64,000 bases of DNA from Candidatus Hydrothermarchaeota archaeon (lineage in GTDB: Archaea > CAYFZR01), in NCBI GenBank assembly GCA_046760505.1, contig JBHIEG010000011.1:1-64000 (forward strand), read 5' to 3'. The position numbers were made by a program, and so were the translations under genes. The notes under the pieces were generated by a model, which searched no databases, had not been told where the DNA came from, and worked only from the letters and a program-made list of their open reading frames with translations. Below are positions 1 through 9,690 of the stretch, in pieces; position 1 is the first letter of the stretch; every line of letters begins with the position of its first letter.

Positions 1-749
1 CTGCATGCTCTGTATGCCATTACGTCCTTTTTTCTCCTTTCTCTTATCCATTTCCACGCTGATACCGCGTTATGAATACCATTACCGGTCGGCAAGCCAA
101 ACCTTGATTTTGATACGAGAACGCATCTCATGGCATGGCTTGCTCCTTCTCCAAAAGGAGTAACTGCTGTATCAATTAATATTTTCGAGAAACATTCTCT
201 TCCTACATTTAAGAGTCCTTCTTTTAAGATGCCCGCGCCATTTTCTAGCAGGTTTATTTTTCCTCTAACGGAAGAATCCATTGGATTAAAGGCGAGTAGA
301 ATGGAGGATTCTATATCTGATTCTTTAAGTGTATTAATCTCTTCTTCGTTCATGCTTACCGAGAGGGAATTGTATATAACCTTATCCACGAGACCAATCT
401 CCTCCGAGTATTTTATACCGTGCAATCTTACCTTATATTCTGTTGAATCAACCAAAATAGGTCTATCAAATCTTGAAACAAAATCAAGATATCTTTCAAT
501 TGCAGAATTACTTAATGCAAATACCTGGATCATGCATGGATTTCCAGTGATATCGGATAGTCCCAACATCTCATTGATCAATTCATCTGCTTTATTTTCA
601 TCGAATATTCCTTTTTCTTGGTTTTCTACAATTTTATGCCCTTCATAAAATATAGTTCCAACTAGCACAGTTGGATTCTCTCCAATCTGACCTCCTATCT
701 TTGTGTCTCCGATATTTATTACTTCTTGTTCTCTATCAATCTTAAACAA
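1..749 (-). CDS. mtrH: Tetrahydromethanopterin S-methyltransferase subunit H (partial, runs off the window edge)
   Basis: Not in the ORF track; translated by hand from TTG at 749 (RBS AGGTG upstream): MFKIDREQEVINIGDTKIGGQIGENPTVLVGTIFYEGHKIV...VIYNSL...LIDTAVTPFGEG...FGLPTGNGIHNAVSAWKW, which are hallmark MtrH motifs. Confidence 0.95.
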   Translation of the reverse strand, partial: MFKIDREQEVINIGDTKIGGQIGENPTVLVGTIFYEGHKIVENQEKGIFDENKADELINEMLGLSDITGNPCMIQVFALSNSAIERYLDFVSRFDRPILVDSTEYKVRLHGIKYSEEIGLVDKVIYNSLSVSMNEEEINTLKESDIESSILLAFNPMDSSVRGKINLLENGAGILKEGLLNVGRECFSKILIDTAVTPFGEGASHAMRCVLVSKSRFGLPTGNGIHNAVSAWKWIRERRKKDVMAYRAC

Positions 750-750
750 T

Positions 751-888
751 TTAAGCACCTTTTATAATGAGTAGCAGAAAAAATAAAAGAGTTCCAGCGA
801 TGATTCCGGTGATGAATCCATGCCTTCTTCCTCTCATCATGAGATAAACCTCAATTCTATCAATAAGATATGCCTCTGGATTCTTCAT
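751..888 (-). CDS. mtrG: MtrG-like single-TM small protein (45 aa)
   Basis: Hand translation MKNPEAYLIDRIEVYLMMRGRRHGFITGIIAGTLLFFLLLIIKGA; GRRHGFITGIIAG resembles MtrG GRDIGILYGIVIG; AGGAG RBS, ATGA overlap with the upstream gene, canonical position before mtrH. Confidence 0.7.
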   Translation of the reverse strand: MKNPEAYLIDRIEVYLMMRGRRHGFITGIIAGTLLFFLLLIIKGA

Positions 889-992
889 ATTATTACTCCT
901 GATATTATTCCTAAAACAAGTCCTAAGAAAAAGAACCTCCAGTCTATCTCTTTTTTTCTGCTTATTTTTAACCAGTAGTTTATTTCTTTCAT
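885..992 (-). CDS. mtrF: MtrF-like single-TM small protein (35 aa)
   Basis: Hand translation MKEINYWLKISRKKEIDWRFFFLGLVLGIISGVII; ATGA overlaps at both ends; canonical mtrF position between mtrA and mtrG; sequence similarity is weak. Confidence 0.6.
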   Translation of the reverse strand: MKEINYWLKISRKKEIDWRFFFLGLVLGIISGVII

Positions 993-1648
993 AAAAACCA
1001 CCCGTAGAGGGCTGAAAGTAAGATCAAAGACAAAACCATACCTTGTACAAAGCCTTTAAACCATTCGTGTTCATAGTTCTTTAGAAATGCATAGAGCATG
1101 GCCCTCTCATGGACTCTTTCAACAGGTAATTCTTCTTCGTCTTTTTTTGAAATTCTTTTCTCAACCTTAATAATTTCCTTCTTTTCCTCGATTATATAAG
1201 GAGGTTCATCAAAAGGGCCTGGATTTCTCTCTAAACATTTCTTTATGACTTCATATATCTTTTTTCTATCAGTTATCCCCACCATATCCAAGAATTCTAC
1301 TTGCCTGCGGAATCTTTCTATCGCTTCTCTTGGTATGTTCTCTATGTATGGTATCGCGCCTTCTGCATTGATTATCTTTCCCCTTTCATCGATGCCGTTT
1401 TCGTACAAAGCCTTGAAGGTGATCCCCGGCTTATGGCCCTGAACTTCTTCTCCACATACAATTAAGAACCTGATGTTTGGATTTGAAATCACGTTTGCTA
1501 TTACCTTCTCTATGCCTATATTCTCGGTTTTCAAGGGTCCTATTATTGCAACATCATCAAAATCAAAATCAGATGAGAGAGTTACGACTGCTATGGGATC
1601 TCTAGAATCCTTCACCTTATAGTCCCCAGAAACGACCGGCCAATCCAT
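989..1648 (-). CDS. mtrA: Tetrahydromethanopterin S-methyltransferase subunit A (corrinoid protein) with C-terminal membrane anchor
   Basis: WPVVSGDY, KTENIGIEKVIANVISNPNIRFLIVCGEEVQGH (cobamide-ligand His), GAIPYIEN; C-terminal TM FKGFVQGMVLSLILL. Confidence 0.95.
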   Translation of the reverse strand: MDWPVVSGDYKVKDSRDPIAVVTLSSDFDFDDVAIIGPLKTENIGIEKVIANVISNPNIRFLIVCGEEVQGHKPGITFKALYENGIDERGKIINAEGAIPYIENIPREAIERFRRQVEFLDMVGITDRKKIYEVIKKCLERNPGPFDEPPYIIEEKKEIIKVEKRISKKDEEELPVERVHERAMLYAFLKNYEHEWFKGFVQGMVLSLILLSALYGWFL

Positions 1649-1652
1649 CTTT

Positions 1653-1874
1653 TCACCTCAAGAATCTAACCATCAAAAAACCTAGTATGAAGCCTGTAAC
1701 TATCGCTTTCTTGCCCCAGAACCAGTCTTCAGAGTTGATCAAAAAAAGGTCTATGATTGAGAATTCATCCTTTATATCGAATTCGATTTCGGCTTTTCTC
1801 TCCTCTAAGGTTGTTATCAAGCCATCCTCAGTTATAATCAACCCGTATTCAGGGGATAGATGAATAGCACGCAT
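1653..1874 (-). CDS. mtrB: MtrB-like subunit, shortened (73 aa)
   Basis: IHLSPEYGLII..DGLI, DLFLINS and GKKAIVTGFILG match MtrB-type motifs; lies directly upstream of mtrA. Confidence 0.8.
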   Translation of the reverse strand: MRAIHLSPEYGLIITEDGLITTLEERKAEIEFDIKDEFSIIDLFLINSEDWFWGKKAIVTGFILGFLMVRFLR

Positions 1875-2061
1875 ATTAACCTCTCAGGTCATAAAACTAT
1901 TTAAGTTTAAGTCTAATATGAATAACTGCCAAACTTTACGTTTCAATCCCTAAAATCATAGATTTAAATTGTTAAGTATTTATTTTCAAATTACTAATAT
2001 TTTTGAGAATCTGTTGGCTGGAGAAAAATTATTTGTAGTGTAATGGGATATAACTTCAATT

Positions 2062-2478
2062 ATGTGGTCCAGTATAAAAAAGACAATAGAATGGATCTTT
2101 ATCCTACTGATTCTTTTTACGCTCATCTTTGATATCCTTGTATTCACCCACACCGAAGTAGTAGATGTACAACCACCCAACCTTCTCAATGTAAAGGCCA
2201 GATCCACATTCATAGACCAAGAAATACTGATTCAAAATCCAAAGGATTATCCAATAAGCGCAGTGGTAAGCGTTGAGGCACCTAAGTACTGGATCTTGAT
2301 CGGTTTGGTATCTTGGGAACCCAAGACTCTTTCTGGTGTATTAGAGATACCTTACTTCGAAATTATACCTTCAGGAAGATATTACATAATTAACATTTAT
2401 CTACAAGGAAACAACGCGATAAAACCCGGAGAAACGAAGAGGTTTACAGTCCAGTACGGTATAGGTCGGGAAATTTAA
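2062..2478 (+). CDS. Hypothetical membrane-anchored protein
   Basis: 138 aa, N-terminal hydrophobic helix followed by a beta-rich domain. Confidence 0.6.
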   Translation: MWSSIKKTIEWIFILLILFTLIFDILVFTHTEVVDVQPPNLLNVKARSTFIDQEILIQNPKDYPISAVVSVEAPKYWILIGLVSWEPKTLSGVLEIPYFEIIPSGRYYIINIYLQGNNAIKPGETKRFTVQYGIGREI

Positions 2479-2506
2479 CATTAAAGTAAAATTATCAATT
2501 ATGAAA

Positions 2507-2902
2507 CTAAGCTTCCCTCGTTACGCTCACATCCACACAACTCAGCAAGGATTGAACGCGTTCAAAACTCCTGTTCAATAACTCTCTAACAAGTTCTGGT
2601 TGCAATCTTTTGTTTAAGTTGTAAAAGGTCTTTACAGAATCTAAAACTTCTTTATCTCCTGTAGAAACGGTGGCAATACCATTGAGCTTTGCTTTGAAGA
2701 AATATTCGGTCTCTTCTTTGTCCAATGCCTCAGGAGGGTGGGCGTATTCTAGCACGAAGAAAAATTTTAATTCGTTATCTTCTTCCTCATAGCCCTCAAA
2801 TTTTAGTCTTGTTCCTCCTTTACCCTTTGTCTCTTTGTAGTCCCATTCTCTCTTAACATAAGCTTCGGTAAAGAATACACCAAACGTAATTGGTTTCTCC
2901 AT
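2507..2902 (-). CDS. Hypothetical protein (possible SecB-like fold)
   Basis: 131 aa ORF abutting the beta-CASP gene; apparent pattern of four strands then two helices. Confidence 0.5.
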   Translation of the reverse strand: MEKPITFGVFFTEAYVKREWDYKETKGKGGTRLKFEGYEEEDNELKFFFVLEYAHPPEALDKEETEYFFKAKLNGIATVSTGDKEVLDSVKTFYNLNKRLQPELVRELLNRSFERVQSLLSCVDVSVTREA

Positions 2903-4150
2903 TTATCTCACCTCGAAAAAATCTCCAAGTTCTGGTGCAGTAGCAGGAATACCTGTCTCGCTGTATATTTCCTCAGCAAATTTCAATGTAACGTCTCTTT
3001 CTCCATGAACAACAAATATCCTTTCCAAATCTTTTTGTTTTTTAATTATATCTATCAGTTCTCTCTTACCCACGTGGGCAGAAAAGTCTAGATAATGAAC
3101 ATTGCAGTTAACCTTCACCTCGATTCCATTTAGGTTAGCTATCCCCTCATCCAAGATTCTTCTTCCCGGAGTTCCTTCTATTTGGTATCCTGTAAATATC
3201 AGGGAACTCTTACTGTCTTTGTATATGTTCTTTAGGTAAAAGACTGCTGGTCCGCCTTGAAGCATCCCAGCGGTAGATAGAATTGCACAAGGCTCTTCAA
3301 TAATATTTTTCCTTCCCCTTCTATTTAGTACCCAAGCGACGTGTCTCATAGCTTTTTTTAAGTGCTTTGGACTTTTTATATACCTTAGATGATTGTTTAA
3401 AATCTTTGTTACCTCTTGGGCCATTCCATCTAGATATGCGGGAAATATGCCATATCTTTCCAAAACTTGCATTATTTCCTGAGACCTTCCTATTGCAAAT
3501 GCTGGGATGAGTGCTATTCCGCTTCTGCTTAATGTTTCCTCTACTATATCAACAAATGTCCTCTCTACTTCTTCCCTTGGAGGATGATCTATGTTTGCAT
3601 ACGTACTTTCAATGATTAAGATGTTGGCATCTCTTGGAATTTCGGCTCCACGCTGAAGTCTGGTCTCTATAGTGTTGATGTCCCCGGTATAGACTATCTT
3701 CTTACCATCGTAATTCAAGGATATCATGGAACTCCCAGGGATGTGGCCAGCATCGCTGTACTCTACTTCAAACTCTTGGACGAAAAAGGTTTTTCCATAC
3801 TCAACTTCTTTAACGAGGGGCATACATCCCATGACGTCTTCTCTTCCAAAGAAATGATATTTTTTGATCTTCAACGAATCTGAATAAAGCAGATCAATGA
3901 GTTCTTTTGTTGGAGGAGTCATGTATACATTTTTCCTGTAACCATATTTGTAAAGAATAGGTATGGATCCCGAATGGTCAAGATGAGCATGGGATAGGAG
4001 TACTGCATTCGCATCATTTTCCCTTATCGGAAGTTGAGGAGGATTAAACATTAAACCATAATCTAGGAGTATGCTGGTTTTTTCTCCCTCTATTTTTATT
4101 GCAGACCTTCCAACTTCTCTTGTACCGCCGAGAAATCTAATTTTTAACAT
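2903..4150 (-). CDS. MBL-fold beta-CASP ribonuclease (aCPSF2-like)
   Basis: Start reassigned to MLKIRFLGGTREVGRS; SHAHLDHSG, AGHIPGS, YTGD, IESTY, FSAH and VVHGE motifs. Confidence 0.9.
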   Translation of the reverse strand: MLKIRFLGGTREVGRSAIKIEGEKTSILLDYGLMFNPPQLPIRENDANAVLLSHAHLDHSGSIPILYKYGYRKNVYMTPPTKELIDLLYSDSLKIKKYHFFGREDVMGCMPLVKEVEYGKTFFVQEFEVEYSDAGHIPGSSMISLNYDGKKIVYTGDINTIETRLQRGAEIPRDANILIIESTYANIDHPPREEVERTFVDIVEETLSRSGIALIPAFAIGRSQEIMQVLERYGIFPAYLDGMAQEVTKILNNHLRYIKSPKHLKKAMRHVAWVLNRRGRKNIIEEPCAILSTAGMLQGGPAVFYLKNIYKDSKSSLIFTGYQIEGTPGRRILDEGIANLNGIEVKVNCNVHYLDFSAHVGKRELIDIIKKQKDLERIFVVHGERDVTLKFAEEIYSETGIPATAPELGDFFEVR

Positions 4151-4169
4151 TTGGGGAAAGTTTCTATCA

Positions 4170-4790
4170 CTACGATTTAAGTTTTTTGGTCTCCTTATCA
4201 TACTTGCTCCTCCAATAAAAAAGCCTGAGCAGGAGCAGAGAGAGAAAAACCGTGAAAAATAAACTCTGGACCAGCAAATAGTTGATATGGGCATTTGACG
4301 GTAGGTAGGGCAAAGTTCCAAATGCATAATCAGATGTATCATTGATCAGAAACCATGAAAATACCAGGGCGATAGTTTTCTTAGAGGGATTTAATATTGG
4401 ATACAAAACCAAAGATTCCAGAGCCATGCCTATGTGAGCAAAAAACAAAATTGAATATAAACTAAAATTCTGAGACAAAAAATAGTCAGAATACAATGCT
4501 ATTGCTGAAACAGTCCATGATCCATATTTTATAAGACCGACGAAGGTTAAAATATTCAAAAATTCAAACAATCTATTCTTAACCAAGAATATAATCAGAA
4601 TAATTGAAAAAAGAAGGGTGTAAAGTGGACAATCGGGTATAAAAATCCAAGAATAGACGGGGCTCGTTCTAAACTGATATTCGTAATAATAAAAACCGAA
4701 GGCTGTACCTAAGAGGTTCAAAACCAATACTATAACCAACAAAAGCTTTCTATCAAAAACTGCTTTTGACAAACGATCAATGGAGTTCAT
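4170..4790 (-). CDS. DUF1405-like membrane protein
   Basis: NLLGTAFGFYYY, FIPDCP, KYGSWT, WFLINDTSDY; multiple TM helices. Confidence 0.75.
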   Translation of the reverse strand: MNSIDRLSKAVFDRKLLLVIVLVLNLLGTAFGFYYYEYQFRTSPVYSWIFIPDCPLYTLLFSIILIIFLVKNRLFEFLNILTFVGLIKYGSWTVSAIALYSDYFLSQNFSLYSILFFAHIGMALESLVLYPILNPSKKTIALVFSWFLINDTSDYAFGTLPYLPSNAHINYLLVQSLFFTVFLSLLLLRLFYWRSKYDKETKKLKS

Positions 4791-4848
4791 TTTAATTTTA
4801 CTAACCTTGTTTTTATATTTTCTGCTTATCCTCTCTATTTTTTCTATT

Positions 4849-5346
4849 TTATCGTCCTTGTCTCATCGTCTTATATATAGGCTTTACAGGAATGCCTCCG
4901 ACAAATGAATCCTTTTGTACATTTTTATTTACCAATGAAAAAGCAGATACGGTTGCATTATCTCCAACTTCCACCCCTGGCAGTATTAAACAGTTTGCGC
5001 CAATCATAACTGACTTCCCTATCTTCACAGGACCCTTTCTCCATTCGTTAATCAGAAATTCGTGAGTTAATATAGTTGTATTGTAACCAATTAAGGAGTT
5101 ATCCCCTATTTCTATAAGTTCTGGGAAGAATATGTCAAATATTACGCCTAATCCAACTGAAACATTCCTTCCTAACTTTATTCCAATTGCCCTGTATAGA
5201 AAATTTTTAACCCTCAGCGAAGGAAGGTATCTACAAGTGTATATGATCAAAAAGTTTAATATCACGCGAAATGGATTTTTTATCCTGTACCATTGACATA
5301 AAGAATTTCCAACGCCTTTATATTCGTTTACGATAAGTTTTCTCAT
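4849..5346 (-). CDS. Hexapeptide-repeat acyltransferase
   Basis: Left-handed beta-helix repeats IGDNSLIGYNTTILTHE, VKIGKSVMIGANCLILPGVEVGDNATV. Confidence 0.85.
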   Translation of the reverse strand: MRKLIVNEYKGVGNSLCQWYRIKNPFRVILNFLIIYTCRYLPSLRVKNFLYRAIGIKLGRNVSVGLGVIFDIFFPELIEIGDNSLIGYNTTILTHEFLINEWRKGPVKIGKSVMIGANCLILPGVEVGDNATVSAFSLVNKNVQKDSFVGGIPVKPIYKTMRQGR

Positions 5347-5462
5347 TTCTTATAACTTATGGCAATTATCTAAAAAAATATTTTGGTGGTTAGATCTTCG
5401 AATTGTCGTGTTCATAGGTTTAATGGAAAGTATCATAAAGAATCGAGTAAAACAATAAAAAC

Positions 5463-8400
5463 ATGGATATTAATGAGTACTTTGACTCACTGAACAAAGA
5501 AGTAAGCTTTCTTTACGATATCGCAAAATTAGCAAGATCAAGAGGAGTAGATCCAGAAACAGAGCCTGAGATACATCTTGCTGGAGATCTTGCAGCAAGA
5601 GTTGAAGGTTTAACAAAAATACCAGTTTCAAAAAGACTCCGAGAATTGAAGGAAAAGGTGGAGAACAGAGAAGAACTAGCCTTTATCTTAGCGAAAGAAA
5701 TGGTGGAAAATAAGATAGTCAATTATTCAAGCATAGAAGAAGCCTGCGAAAACGCCCTGAGAGTTTCCCTAGCCATATTAACTGAAGGAGTCGTGGCTGC
5801 TCCCCTGGAAGGCATCGCAAAGGTAAAGGTAAAGGATAATCCAGATGGAACAAAATACCTAGCAATTTATTTTGCAGGACCGATAAGATCCGCTGGAGGT
5901 ACCGCTCAAGCATTAGCGGTTCTGATAGCCGATTACATAAGAAGAGTAGTTGGATTGGATAGATACAAACCATCTGAACAGGAAATCGAGAGATTTGTGG
6001 AAGAAATCGAGCTGTATCAAAGCGAAGTAACAAATCTGCAGTATTCTCCCAGTCAAGAAGAGGTCCGCTTTTCCCTGAGCAACATACCTGTGGAAATAAC
6101 AGGGGATCCTACTGACAGATACGAAGTATCTGGATACAGAAACCTGAAAAGAATAGAAACAAACCAGATTAGGGGTGGAGCAATACTGGCTCTGACCGAA
6201 GGTGTCTTACAAAAGGCGAACAAGCTTCGAATGTATGTTGAAAGATTAAATCTAGACGGATGGGACTGGATAGAAAAAATAAAGAAAGAATCAGACGAAA
6301 AAGAGGATAAAAATAAAAAACTGGTCTACATGGATGATATAATCGGTGGTAGACCTGTTATCGCGCATCCTTCCGCAAAAGGAGGATTCAGACTCAGATA
6401 CGGAAGATCAAGAAACAGTGGTCTAGCCGCAGTTGGAATACATCCTGCATGCATGGTATTGCTGGACAATTTCATAGTCACAGGAACTCAGATCAAGATT
6501 GAAAGGCCAGGAAAGGCAGGTTCAGTTGTGCCTTGCTCTTCTATTGAAGGCCCCCTGGTGAGACTAAAGAACGGAAGCGTAATCAAGGTAAACGATGTTG
6601 AACTTGCTGAAAAAATAAAGGAAGATTTAGACGCTATCTTAGACCTTGGAGAAATACTTATAGCCTTCGGAGAGTTTCTGAGGAACAATCACAGATTGTT
6701 ACCGGGAGCTTACTGTCATGAATGGTGGGTAAAAGAAGTAGAAAAGGTTTTGGGTCCAAATTTTAAATACGAAGAACTGAGCGAGAGAGAACTAGTGGAA
6801 CTCTCTGAAAAATACGGAATACCTCTACATCCTAAGTATACATACTTCTGGCACGAAATTAAGGAATCTGATTACATCTTTCTTTCTGAATATGTACATT
6901 CAAATGGATTATTTAGGGATGGTGAACTAATTCTAGCAATGAATAGCCTTGTTAAAAAAATATTAGAAGATTTGGGAGTAGAACATTATGTGGAAAAAGA
7001 TATAATAGTTAAAGAAGGTTCATATGCTTTATTGAAGTCTTTAGGTCTTTACTTTGATAGAGAAATAAGAAAAAAATACGATAAAATTAGTCCACTGGGG
7101 AAGCCAGACTCACTGGAGTTGGCAGTAAAAATTTCGGGTCTTTTAATAAGAAAAAAGGCTCCTACAAGGATTGGATGTAGAATGGGAAGGCCAGAAAAGG
7201 CCGATGTTCGAAAAATGCGCCCCGCTCCCCACGTTTTATTTCCTGTTGGCCAAGCAGGAGGCAGAATAAGATCTCTAAACAACGCAATGAAAGAAGAAAA
7301 AATAGAGGTAGAAATCGTAAATAGGATATGCGAGAACTGTAACAGGGTAACTTTCTTAAATAAGTGTGTGTGCGGAGGAAGGACCCAAATAAGTTTTGCA
7401 TGTCCTAAATGCGGTAGAAAGAATTCCAATTACTGTGGATCCTGCAATATCTCAGTAAAAGGATTTGGCAAACAAAAGATTCCAATAAGGGAATTGTTAG
7501 AAGGGGCATCTAAAAACATCTCAATCAAGTTACCAGAAACAATTAAGGGAGTTATAGGACTTACATCTAAAAATAAGGTTCCTGAGCCTCTGGAAAAAGG
7601 TATAATTCGTGCATTCTATGATTTACCAGTTTTTAAGGACGGAACCATAAGAGTGGACATGACAGACTTACCTTTAACCCATTTTAAACCATCAGAAATA
7701 GGTACTTCCATAGAAACGCTTAAAAAACTTGGCTACACGGAAGATTATCAGGGAAATCCTCTGGAAAACGAAGAACAGATAATTGAACTGAAGATTCAGG
7801 ATCTCGTATTATCAAAGAGTTGTGCAGACTATTTGGTTAGGACCGCTAAATACATCGACACCCTTCTAGAGAAATTCTACAAGATAGATCCATATTACAG
7901 GGTAGAGGATCCATCTGATTTGATAGGACATCTGGTAGTTGGTATAGCCCCCCATACATCGTGCGGAGTTGTAGGAAGAGTTATCGGATACACAGACGCT
8001 AGCGCATGTCTCGCGCATCCATATTTCCATGCCGCAAAAAGAAGGAACTGTGATGGAGATGAGGATGCTGTAATTTTATTGTTAGATGCTCTGATAAACT
8101 TTTCCTGCAGTTATCTCCCAGAGAAAAGAGGGGGAAAAATGGATGCGCCTCTGGTTCTCACTACCCACATAGATCCACGAGAAATAGACGATGAGGTTCA
8201 TAACTTAGACTGCATGATTTCATATCCAATTGAAATGTATGAATCCTCTCTCAAAAATGAGCACCCCTCTAAAGTGGATCCTCTCATAGATAATGTGAAA
8301 AAAAGGATAAACAATGAAAAAGAATATGAAGGCATTGGTTTTACCCATAATACAGATATAAACCTAGGTCCAAAGAAGAGCGCGTATAAAACTCTTGCAA

Positions 8401-8798
8401 CAATGCTTGAGAAGGTTGATGCACAGTTATCCATAGCAAATAAAGTAAAGGCGGTAGATGCAAGAGACGTTGCAGAAAGAGTTGTAAATACCCACTTCCT
8501 ACCAGATCTTTATGGAAATCTTCGTGCATTTTCGAGACAAAAGTTCAGATGCGTCAGTTGTAATACAAAGCATAGAAGAGTTCCTTTATCTGGTAAATGT
8601 TCCAAATGTAATGGGAAACTTGTTCTCACAGTATCTCATGGCTCAGTAGAGAAATATCTTGAGATAACTAGAAAGTTGATAAGGAACTATGAACTTGGAA
8701 GTTATTTAAATCAGAGGTTAAGTCTACTGGAAGATACAATGAACTCTTTGTTCGTGAATGAAAAGGCGATGCAATCTAGCCTCATAGACTTTGTCTAG
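5463..8798 (+). CDS. polC: DNA polymerase D large subunit DP2 (no intein)
   Basis: AGPIRSAGGTAQA, GFRLRYGRSRNSG, HAAKRRNCDGDED catalytic motif, C-terminal zinc finger. Confidence 0.98.
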   Translation: MDINEYFDSLNKEVSFLYDIAKLARSRGVDPETEPEIHLAGDLAARVEGLTKIPVSKRLRELKEKVENREELAFILAKEMVENKIVNYSSIEEACENALRVSLAILTEGVVAAPLEGIAKVKVKDNPDGTKYLAIYFAGPIRSAGGTAQALAVLIADYIRRVVGLDRYKPSEQEIERFVEEIELYQSEVTNLQYSPSQEEVRFSLSNIPVEITGDPTDRYEVSGYRNLKRIETNQIRGGAILALTEGVLQKANKLRMYVERLNLDGWDWIEKIKKESDEKEDKNKKLVYMDDIIGGRPVIAHPSAKGGFRLRYGRSRNSGLAAVGIHPACMVLLDNFIVTGTQIKIERPGKAGSVVPCSSIEGPLVRLKNGSVIKVNDVELAEKIKEDLDAILDLGEILIAFGEFLRNNHRLLPGAYCHEWWVKEVEKVLGPNFKYEELSERELVELSEKYGIPLHPKYTYFWHEIKESDYIFLSEYVHSNGLFRDGELILAMNSLVKKILEDLGVEHYVEKDIIVKEGSYALLKSLGLYFDREIRKKYDKISPLGKPDSLELAVKISGLLIRKKAPTRIGCRMGRPEKADVRKMRPAPHVLFPVGQAGGRIRSLNNAMKEEKIEVEIVNRICENCNRVTFLNKCVCGGRTQISFACPKCGRKNSNYCGSCNISVKGFGKQKIPIRELLEGASKNISIKLPETIKGVIGLTSKNKVPEPLEKGIIRAFYDLPVFKDGTIRVDMTDLPLTHFKPSEIGTSIETLKKLGYTEDYQGNPLENEEQIIELKIQDLVLSKSCADYLVRTAKYIDTLLEKFYKIDPYYRVEDPSDLIGHLVVGIAPHTSCGVVGRVIGYTDASACLAHPYFHAAKRRNCDGDEDAVILLLDALINFSCSYLPEKRGGKMDAPLVLTTHIDPREIDDEVHNLDCMISYPIEMYESSLKNEHPSKVDPLIDNVKKRINNEKEYEGIGFTHNTDINLGPKKSAYKTLATMLEKVDAQLSIANKVKAVDARDVAERVVNTHFLPDLYGNLRAFSRQKFRCVSCNTKHRRVPLSGKCSKCNGKLVLTVSHGSVEKYLEITRKLIRNYELGSYLNQRLSLLEDTMNSLFVNEKAMQSSLIDFV

Positions 8799-8980
8799 TG
8801 CGTGAGTTGAAGGATAAAGAGAAATATAACAAAGAAGAGAAAGGTCCATAGGATGATTGAAATCACCCTGTTTCTCCTTCTATGTTTCTCGTATATATCC
8901 TTACACTGAGGGGAGCAAAAAGTTTCTTCCAGAGGTATGGGCTTTGCGCATACATAGCAGTGTTTGTGCATCCTTTCCAT
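8795..8980 (-). CDS. DUF2116-like Zn-ribbon membrane protein
   Basis: HKHCYVCAKPIP..E.FCSPQC plus a C-terminal TM. Confidence 0.8.
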   Translation of the reverse strand: MERMHKHCYVCAKPIPLEETFCSPQCKDIYEKHRRRNRVISIILWTFLFFVIFLFILQLTH

Positions 8981-8982
8981 TT

Positions 8983-9669
8983 TTAATCTTCCTTATCTGG
9001 TATGATGATCGTGCCCCTGAATTTCTTTTTTGTTAGACATTTAAAAAGGTTATCTATATCGCTTCCGTCTAATATCACTGTCTTTATATTGGATCTTTCT
9101 ATGATCTTTGCAGCAAGGGGATCGACAACACCTATGTAGCCGGCTCTCATATCAGAGTTCATTGAAATTCCAACTAAATCAGAAGCCTTTAAAGTTTCAT
9201 ATCTCTCCGCATCTGGATATTTTTTTGGATCTTTTGAGTATACCCCATCTACAGAAGTAGCAATCACGATAAGATCAGCCTTTATGTAGTCTCCAAGCAT
9301 GGCGGCTACCGCGTCTGTTGTATGACCAGGATGCGTTCCGCCCATGACTACTATATTTTTTTCAACGGAATAAAGATATGCCTCTTTAAAGTTTAAAGCA
9401 GGCTCTGGGTGTGTGAGATCCCCGAGTGAAGATATCAAGAGCCTTGCATTGACCCTAGAGATATCTATCCCTATCTCATCACAATATGTATCTGGGGCAT
9501 TGAGTTGACGAGCAGCATTTATATAATCTCTTGCTACCTTTCCCCCACCCACCACAATCCAAAATCGGTGGTCTAGCTTAATGATCATATCGCATAAATT
9601 CCTGATTAACTCCAAGTTAGGCTTATCAGGTACCAGAACAGATCCACCATATGAAATTACCACCTTCAT
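8983..9669 (-). CDS. pyrH: Uridylate kinase
   Basis: YGGSVL, VVGGGKVARDYI, MGGTHPGHTTDAVAA, VDGVYSKDPK. Confidence 0.96.
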   Translation of the reverse strand: MKVVISYGGSVLVPDKPNLELIRNLCDMIIKLDHRFWIVVGGGKVARDYINAARQLNAPDTYCDEIGIDISRVNARLLISSLGDLTHPEPALNFKEAYLYSVEKNIVVMGGTHPGHTTDAVAAMLGDYIKADLIVIATSVDGVYSKDPKKYPDAERYETLKASDLVGISMNSDMRAGYIGVVDPLAAKIIERSNIKTVILDGSDIDNLFKCLTKKKFRGTIIIPDKED

Positions 9670-9690
9670 ATGCTCACCGAGAGGATGTTT

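Noticed and set aside
130-648. 172-aa plus-strand ORF
   Set aside because: Antisense shadow of mtrH.
4151-4342. N-terminal extension of the beta-CASP ORF
   Set aside because: Overlaps the DUF1405 gene; the family N-terminus begins at 4150.
5463-8798. Intein in DP2 (also checked in RadA)
   Set aside because: The motifs at the usual insertion sites are contiguous and the protein lengths are normal.
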